A DNA stretch of 64,000 nucleotides from Nitrosopumilus sp. GTDB lineage: Archaea; Thermoproteota; Nitrososphaeria; Nitrososphaerales; Nitrosopumilaceae. The DNA lies in contig OZ252243.1 of the NCBI GenBank assembly GCA_965249555.1, forward strand, positions 352,001-416,000, written 5' to 3'. The translations under genes were made by a program, and so were the position numbers. Below are positions 58,130-64,000 of the stretch, one piece after another; within the stretch, counting starts at the first letter, position 1; the number at the start of each line of letters is the position of its first letter. The notes beneath the pieces were generated by a model that was not told the origin of the DNA, did no database searches, and saw nothing but the letters and a program-made list of their open reading frames with translations.

Positions 58130-59386
58130 TTGTTATTTGCGCATCTCTCAGATATTCATCTGGGTTTTCAAAAGCATGAATCGTTGCAGCAAACAGAGCA
58201 GGATGTATTTGAGAAAGCATTGGATGAATGCATTTCGAGAAAAGTTGATTTTATTTTAATTTCTGGAGATATGTTTCATGTAAATATTCCAGAGATGCGA
58301 GTGCAAAAGTTTGCATTTGCAAAGTTTCGTCAGGTGCACGAAGCTGAAATTCCAGTGTATGTTGTTTATGGAAGCCATGACTTCTCTCCAGTTTCTAATT
58401 CTGTAATTGATTTGCTGGTTGCAATTGGTTACATCAGCAAAGTTACCAAAGTGAAGGATTCTGATGATGAAAAAATAGTCCTGGATTTTTTAGTAGATCT
58501 GAAAACGGGTGCCAAAATTTATGGATTATCCGGACTCAAGATGGGAAAAGACCGAGAATACTATGAAAATCTAGATAGAGCCTCACTTGAGGCTGAATCG
58601 GGCTTTAAGATATTCCTATTTCATGGCGGAATTTCAGATATGAAGACAGAATCAGGCATCGATGGGGATCACATGCCACTATCTTTGCTGCCAAAAGGAT
58701 TTTCATATTATGCAGGAGGTCACATGCACAAATTCAATCATCAATCATTTGATGGGTATTCGCATGTCGTATATCCTGGAACTCCATTTGCAGGATTTCA
58801 TTCTGATTTGGAGGAGAATTCAAAGGGTCAAAAACGAGGATTGGTTTTAGTCGAGTTTGAAGATGAGATTAAGGATGTATCATTTATTGAATTGGAAAAT
58901 ACTGAATATGAAATCATTGAGATTGATGCAAACAATCGTAAAACAGATTCAATTAACAAAGAACTATTAGAAAAGACACAAGAGATTGATCCTGGTAATA
59001 AAATTGTAATAATAAAGATTGGCGGTGAGATGACATCAGGAAAAACATCAGATGTTGATATTTCTGCAATTCGAGAGTCGCTATATCAGCGTAAAGCCAG
59101 CGCGGTGGAGATTAGTAAAAGCAGATTGACATCTCTAGAATACAGCATCACTGAAGCTAAAGGTGAGAACAAAGTAGAGATTGAGGCGAATGTATTCAGT
59201 GAAAATATTGGTCAATTGCGATTCAAGCAAAAAAATCTGATTGGTGATGCGGGAGTTGCTCTTGCAAAAAAATTACTATCAAAACTGGGACAGGCAGGAC
59301 TTGAAAATGAAAAGAAGGCAGACTATGCATCAAGAATAAAACAGGATGCGATTGGAGTATTGGGATTGAAGATAGATGATTCTTAA
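58130..59386 (+). CDS. mre11: Mre11 nuclease
   Basis: SDIHLG, GDMFH, GSHD, FLFH, GGHMH, YPG. Confidence 0.92.
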   Translation: MLFAHLSDIHLGFQKHESLQQTEQDVFEKALDECISRKVDFILISGDMFHVNIPEMRVQKFAFAKFRQVHEAEIPVYVVYGSHDFSPVSNSVIDLLVAIGYISKVTKVKDSDDEKIVLDFLVDLKTGAKIYGLSGLKMGKDREYYENLDRASLEAESGFKIFLFHGGISDMKTESGIDGDHMPLSLLPKGFSYYAGGHMHKFNHQSFDGYSHVVYPGTPFAGFHSDLEENSKGQKRGLVLVEFEDEIKDVSFIELENTEYEIIEIDANNRKTDSINKELLEKTQEIDPGNKIVIIKIGGEMTSGKTSDVDISAIRESLYQRKASAVEISKSRLTSLEYSITEAKGENKVEIEANVFSENIGQLRFKQKNLIGDAGVALAKKLLSKLGQAGLENEKKADYASRIKQDAIGVLGLKIDDS

Positions 59387-61799
59387 TTCACTGGTGTTGG
59401 AGAATATTCGAAGTTATTCCCATGAAGAGGTGGAGTTTCCGCGTGGCATTACTCTGTTTGAGGGAGACATTGGCTCTGGAAAATCTACAGTATTGATGGC
59501 AATAGAGTTTGCATTATTTGGTTTGGGTTCTCAAAAAGGAGAATCGCTTCTTGCAAAAAAAGCCGATGAGGGTTTTGCTATTTTAGAATTTACAGTAGAT
59601 GGTCAGAAATATGAGATCAAGCGAGCACTCAAAAGAAAAACAGCTGGGGTGAATCAGAATCCAAGAAATTCGTACATCAAAACAAATGATGAGAAAGAGC
59701 CTCTCTCACCATCAGAGTTGAAGCAGCGAATACTTCAGATTCTCAAATTTGATGAGCCTGGAGACGCACGCTCTGAGAGTAGGATATACCGCTATGCAGT
59801 GTATACACCTCAAGAAGAGATGAAGAAAGTTCTGAGTGATGCCAAAACTCGATTAGAGACAATACGACGAGCATTTGGAATTGAAGATTATGCTATAGCT
59901 GCTGCCAATGCGAATGATGTTGCAACATCAATAAGATTGCAGGTGGCTCGATTTAAAGAGAGATTTAGTGATACTGCACAATTAGAAGATGAGAATGCAG
60001 CATCAAAAAATTTAGTTGATGGGATCCAGATAGAAATTTCTCAATCAGATAAAAAAAGAAAAGATTTAGAGTCAAAAAATATTCTCGTTGATAAAAAATT
60101 AAAGCAACTACAAAAACAAAATCTAGAAAAAGTAAAGCTTGAAGGCATCAAAGAAAAACTGGAAGAGAGAATCACAGATGATGAATCAGATATTGAATCA
60201 GCCAATTCAGATATTAATGATGCACAAGAAGAGATGGGTGAATTTAAAGAAAAGTTGAATAAATTAAGTAAAATTAAAAAACCAACTGTAAAAACAGTTG
60301 TGCAAATCAAAAAAGAGATTGAAAAATTCCAAAAAATCAATGATGATCTGGTAAAATCAAAAGCTATTGTTTCAGAATTATCATCATCAATTTCAAAATT
60401 AAGTAGGGTATCTGGTAAAAATAAAAAAGAGATTCAAGAAGAAACAATCAGTAAAGAGAAAACCCTGAAAAGCATTAGAAAAACACTTGATGAGAGTGAA
60501 GAAGAAATCAATCATCTACAAGAGCAGATAACCAAATGTAAGACAAATATAGAAAATTTACAGGGAGATAGTGATAAATTTGCAAAACTTGGAGAAAAGT
60601 GCCCAGTATGTGAGCAAAAAATTACAGCAGAGCATTTGAAAGATTGGGAGAGTGAGCGAAAAACAAAACAGGACAAATTAAATGCAGAATTAAAAAAAAT
60701 TAAAGATCCATTTTCTGATACAAAAGAACATCATAAAAAACTATTAAAAGATACTAGCAATCTAGAATCCGAAATATCTGAGAATCGGCAGATGATTCCT
60801 CAAATTGAAGAGTTTGATGAAAAATCTGCAAAATTTGCTCAAATTGAGGCTAAAATTAAGGAATTGCAGGCACAAAACAAGATTCCAAAGGAGAAATTTG
60901 AGTATGAATCTGATGAACCAGTAGAGTATCTTTCTGCACTTAAAGATGCTCTAGTAGAATATGAGAATTCTTTGGCCATGATAGTAGAGACAGAAAAGAA
61001 TCAGGAGAAAACTCTGAAATTTATTTCAAAGTATCAGAATGATTTGAAATCATCAGATGCAAATATTGCAAAAAACAGAAAAGAGATTCAAAGTATTGAA
61101 GGGCAGATAAAATCATTTACGAACATTGATGATGAAACAAGATCGACTGAGCAAGAATTTAAAGCAAATAATGAAAAAATTACTAAAGTGTCTGCTTTGA
61201 GTGCATCATCAAAACAAAATCTAAAAAATGAGCAAGAAAAGATTTCAATCAACAGAGAAAAGATTGCTGAATCTCAAAAATGGAAGATTGAGCATGACAA
61301 ATTTTTAGAATATTATGAATGGTTGACTACATTTTTCATTCCCACCATATCTCAGATTGAAAAGCAGGTGCTACTATCAATTTTGCAGAGCTTTAATGAA
61401 ACTTATCATCGATGGTATTCAATTCTGGTTGAAGACCCCACCAAAGAGTCTAGAATTGATGAGGACTTTACTCCAATTGTAATTCAGGACAGATATGACC
61501 AAGAGATTGAATACTTGTCAGGAGGTGAGAAGACCAGCATTGCATTGGCATATAGATTGACTTTGAATTCACTGATGAGAAAAGAGACAGAGTCATTAAA
61601 GTCAAACTTGTTGATCTTAGATGAGCCAACTGATGGCTTTTCTAAAAACCAATTAGGTAAAATCAGAGAAGTTCTTGATGAGTTAAAATCACAGCAAATT
61701 GTGCTTGTATCTCATGAAAAAGAGCTTGAAGCGTATGTGGATAACATATTTCAGATTTCAAAGGAAGATGGAATTTCTAAAATATCCAGAATGAACTAG
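59376..61799 (+). CDS. rad50: Rad50 SMC-like ATPase
   Basis: GDIGSGKST, coiled coil, CPVC zinc hook, LSGGE, LILDEPT, VSH. Confidence 0.93.
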   Translation: MILNSLVLENIRSYSHEEVEFPRGITLFEGDIGSGKSTVLMAIEFALFGLGSQKGESLLAKKADEGFAILEFTVDGQKYEIKRALKRKTAGVNQNPRNSYIKTNDEKEPLSPSELKQRILQILKFDEPGDARSESRIYRYAVYTPQEEMKKVLSDAKTRLETIRRAFGIEDYAIAAANANDVATSIRLQVARFKERFSDTAQLEDENAASKNLVDGIQIEISQSDKKRKDLESKNILVDKKLKQLQKQNLEKVKLEGIKEKLEERITDDESDIESANSDINDAQEEMGEFKEKLNKLSKIKKPTVKTVVQIKKEIEKFQKINDDLVKSKAIVSELSSSISKLSRVSGKNKKEIQEETISKEKTLKSIRKTLDESEEEINHLQEQITKCKTNIENLQGDSDKFAKLGEKCPVCEQKITAEHLKDWESERKTKQDKLNAELKKIKDPFSDTKEHHKKLLKDTSNLESEISENRQMIPQIEEFDEKSAKFAQIEAKIKELQAQNKIPKEKFEYESDEPVEYLSALKDALVEYENSLAMIVETEKNQEKTLKFISKYQNDLKSSDANIAKNRKEIQSIEGQIKSFTNIDDETRSTEQEFKANNEKITKVSALSASSKQNLKNEQEKISINREKIAESQKWKIEHDKFLEYYEWLTTFFIPTISQIEKQVLLSILQSFNETYHRWYSILVEDPTKESRIDEDFTPIVIQDRYDQEIEYLSGGEKTSIALAYRLTLNSLMRKETESLKSNLLILDEPTDGFSKNQLGKIREVLDELKSQQIVLVSHEKELEAYVDNIFQISKEDGISKISRMN

Positions 61800-62001
61800 T
61801 CACCTTTTTGGAAAGAAAAAAGATGCAGTTATTCAAAATCCTTTAGTTTAGGAAGGATCATCTCATCAAATATTTGATCACCACTTAACCAGATACAAGG
61901 AAAGTTATTGTCTTTGCAGTTCAGAAAATGGGACGAACAGGATGTAAAAATAAAGGCAGTATTCCTGCAATTTGATAAAGAAGAGTCAAAAATAAAAAAA
62001 A

Positions 62002-62628
62002 TTAACTAACATTAACAATTCCGGTCATCCAAGAATGAACCACACAAAAGTAATCAAAAGTTCCTGCATCATTAAATGTGAATTCAAAAGAGTCACCAGA
62101 CATGAATATACCAGAATCAAATAATTCACCGACCACACTTGAAGGATTTCCACTAGTTACAGTATGTATAGCAGTGTCACCATTATTCCAAGTTACTGTT
62201 GTGCCAACTGCTACATTAACTTCGTAAGGCAAATAACATTCGGTAGTTGTTTCACATCCAGGAACTCCAACCCCTAAAGGAATTGAAATTGTTTGTGACA
62301 TTGGCGATGTTTCTGCTTCGGGTTCAGGTTCTGCAGTCACACATTCACCTTCATAGTCTAATTTAACATCAACAGCATCTAACATACACAAATTACCATA
62401 AGTTTCACCATCAATACCACACATAGGATCCCATTGCATTGTACAAACAGTCAGATCTTCTTCAGGTTCTGTAACTGTTGTTGGTTCTGATTTAATTTCC
62501 ATTTCTTCATCAGAGACAATTCTTGGTTGGATTATTTCATCTGGAGATGATGCAATTAATCCTAAAATTATTGCAGCAAGAACACCAACTATTATTATTA
62601 CACCTAAAGGAAAATTTATCTCATCCAC
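62002..62628 (-). CDS. Membrane-anchored Kazal-domain plus cupredoxin protein
   Basis: N-terminal TM; CTMQWDPMCGIDGETYGNLC...YEGEC; HTVTSG...CVVHSWM. Confidence 0.88.
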   Translation of the reverse strand: MDEINFPLGVIIIVGVLAAIILGLIASSPDEIIQPRIVSDEEMEIKSEPTTVTEPEEDLTVCTMQWDPMCGIDGETYGNLCMLDAVDVKLDYEGECVTAEPEPEAETSPMSQTISIPLGVGVPGCETTTECYLPYEVNVAVGTTVTWNNGDTAIHTVTSGNPSSVVGELFDSGIFMSGDSFEFTFNDAGTFDYFCVVHSWMTGIVNVS

Positions 62629-63109
62629 CTGTTAACTTTGCAAACTTTTCGTTCTTACTTAACTTTTCCATAAATTGAATATTAGATAATGCAATAATTG
62701 CAGATTCAACTACTGCTTTATCAGGATCATTTAATGCAGTTTCCAGAGTTTTTTTTGCTTCTTTGGAGCCAACAACGCCCAAGGCAATAGCTGCTTCGTG
62801 TCGTACAAACATACTTGGATCATTGAGTGTTGCATCAGATAGTGAAAGTATTGCACTAGAGTAACACAGCTGACCTAATGAGAATGCAGCCTCATGACGT
62901 ACCAATTCATGTTCATCATTTTTTAAAACTTTGGCAATATAGGGAATTTTATCCTCTCCGCCAAAATCAACCAAAATACAGGTGGCTCTTGTTCTAATCA
63001 CATAATCAGGATGATCTAAAAGAGAAACAAAATACTCTGTATCTTTTTGTTCATATTTTGACTCCATTTCAACAAAAAGTGCTAATCGATCAGAAGTTAC
63101 TGCTTGCAA
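62621..63109 (-). CDS. HEAT-repeat (PBS lyase-like) protein resembling half of deoxyhypusine hydroxylase
   Basis: VRHEAAFSLGQ and MFVRHEAAIALG, then VVESA. Confidence 0.8.
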   Translation of the reverse strand: MQAVTSDRLALFVEMESKYEQKDTEYFVSLLDHPDYVIRTRATCILVDFGGEDKIPYIAKVLKNDEHELVRHEAAFSLGQLCYSSAILSLSDATLNDPSMFVRHEAAIALGVVGSKEAKKTLETALNDPDKAVVESAIIALSNIQFMEKLSKNEKFAKLTGG

Positions 63110-63184
63110 TTTGTTTTGAGATTTTCTGTGTCCTATATTAGGTTACTTGAGAAAAAATTCAAAATTAGATGAGGTATCTATTTA

Positions 63185-63874
63185 ATGGAAAAAATATGGA
63201 AATTTACTATGAGTGTAGTAATAGGTGAAAAGGCGCCAAATTTTGGAGTTTCAGAATGGATACAAGGTGCTCCAACTAATTTTGATCAAGAAAAAGATCA
63301 TGTTGTTTTATTGGAAGTCTTTCAAGTCAATTGTCCCGGATGTTTTATGAATGCAATTCCTGAGGCAATTAACATCTACAACAAATACAAAGATGATGGA
63401 GTTCGAGTTTTAGGTCTTGCTACTGCTTTTGAAGATTTTGATAAAAATACACTAGATAATTTGAAAATGCTTGCAGAAACTGGTGAAGTAATAGGAGAAA
63501 CAAAGAGTGCACTTTCAATGAATGGTAAATTACAAGAAGGAAACAAGTTACATTATAAAATTCCATTTCCATTAGGAATGGATAATCTAACAAGGACCAC
63601 AGGGGAAATCAGTCAAGAAAAAATCATGGAATTTATCTATCCGCAGATTCCTGAATTTGATTCACAGCCAGAGGATTACAGAAATCAAATTATTCAAAAA
63701 GTGAAAAGTTACATAAAATCAAAAGAATATTCGGCCGAGACATTTGAAAAATTTTCTCTGCAAGGGACACCGTCAGCCATTTTAGTGGATAGAAAAGGAA
63801 TTCTTAGAGATGTGTCATTTGGACAATCAGGACATGTGGATGCGATGATTCAAAAATTACTTGACGAAGATTAA
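63185..63874 (+). CDS. Thioredoxin-fold redoxin (TlpA/AhpC-like)
   Basis: IGEKAP, FQVNCPGC, QGTPSAILVDRKG. Confidence 0.85.
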   Translation: MEKIWKFTMSVVIGEKAPNFGVSEWIQGAPTNFDQEKDHVVLLEVFQVNCPGCFMNAIPEAINIYNKYKDDGVRVLGLATAFEDFDKNTLDNLKMLAETGEVIGETKSALSMNGKLQEGNKLHYKIPFPLGMDNLTRTTGEISQEKIMEFIYPQIPEFDSQPEDYRNQIIQKVKSYIKSKEYSAETFEKFSLQGTPSAILVDRKGILRDVSFGQSGHVDAMIQKLLDED

Positions 63875-63875
63875 A

Positions 63876-64000
63876 TCATTCAGTTTTTGTTATTTTCTTT
63901 TTTTTTATCTTCATTATGACATACGCTGCAATAACAATCAAAGATCCAGCCAAGGCCCACCAACCCAAAGAATCGTCGAATGTTTCTCCTTTTTGTAGTG
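63876..64000 (-). CDS. 3' end of a membrane protein gene running off the window
   Basis: Manual translation ...LQKGETFDDSLGWWALAGSLIVIAAYVIMKIKKKKITKTE*. Confidence 0.55.
   Translation of the reverse strand, partial: LQKGETFDDSLGWWALAGSLIVIAAYVIMKIKKKKITKTE

Noticed and set aside
9695-60340. Numerous short antisense or nested track ORFs (e.g. 9695-9940, 13355-13717, 19004-19411, 23625-24002, 29826-30200, 43319-43648, 57456-57794, 60041-60340)
   Set aside because: They lie fully within well-supported genes and show no motifs; treated as shadow ORFs.
1-64000. CRISPR array, cas genes, tRNA or rRNA genes
   Set aside because: No regularly spaced repeat-spacer pattern, cas-like ORF or GC-rich cloverleaf/rRNA block was seen by eye. 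tRNAscan and cmscan were not run.

Overview
AT-rich archaeal DNA. Gene content (Nitrosopumilus-type S-layer homologue, PEF-CTERM and cupredoxin proteins, aEF-1beta/cdc48, rpoE1/spt4, nadA/C/X) points to a Nitrosopumilus-like ammonia-oxidising thaumarchaeon; this is inferred from family recognition, not a database search. Core genes are interrupted by three accessory regions. (1) About 0.1-6 kb: a DUF488 gene, a conserved partner ORF, an AbrB-type regulator and a decayed SWIM/IS6-type transposase, with three GGTACC operator-like palindromes and gene remnants. (2) 19926-21293: a DDE insertion sequence with an 8-bp target duplication that splits an S-layer-like gene. Its 97-bp terminal inverted repeats include the transposase C-terminus, and all 8 mismatches become G-U pairs in the sense-strand RNA. 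(3) About 31.3-49.4 kb: a defence island with a co-oriented PIN, YprA/DUF1998 helicase, frameshifted PD-(D/E)XK nuclease, hsdM, hsdS, hsdR and half-hsdS run. It is transcribed divergently from a large RHH-domain protein across twin palindromic operators, and the island also carries GmrSD, a RelE toxin with an unusually long candidate antitoxin, RusA-like and Hjc-like nucleases and a truncated TBP-like gene. Also notable are a candidate ~90-nt structured small RNA (7850-7939), a half-size DOHH-like HEAT protein and a nurA-herA-mre11-rad50 operon. No rRNA, tRNA or CRISPR array was seen.
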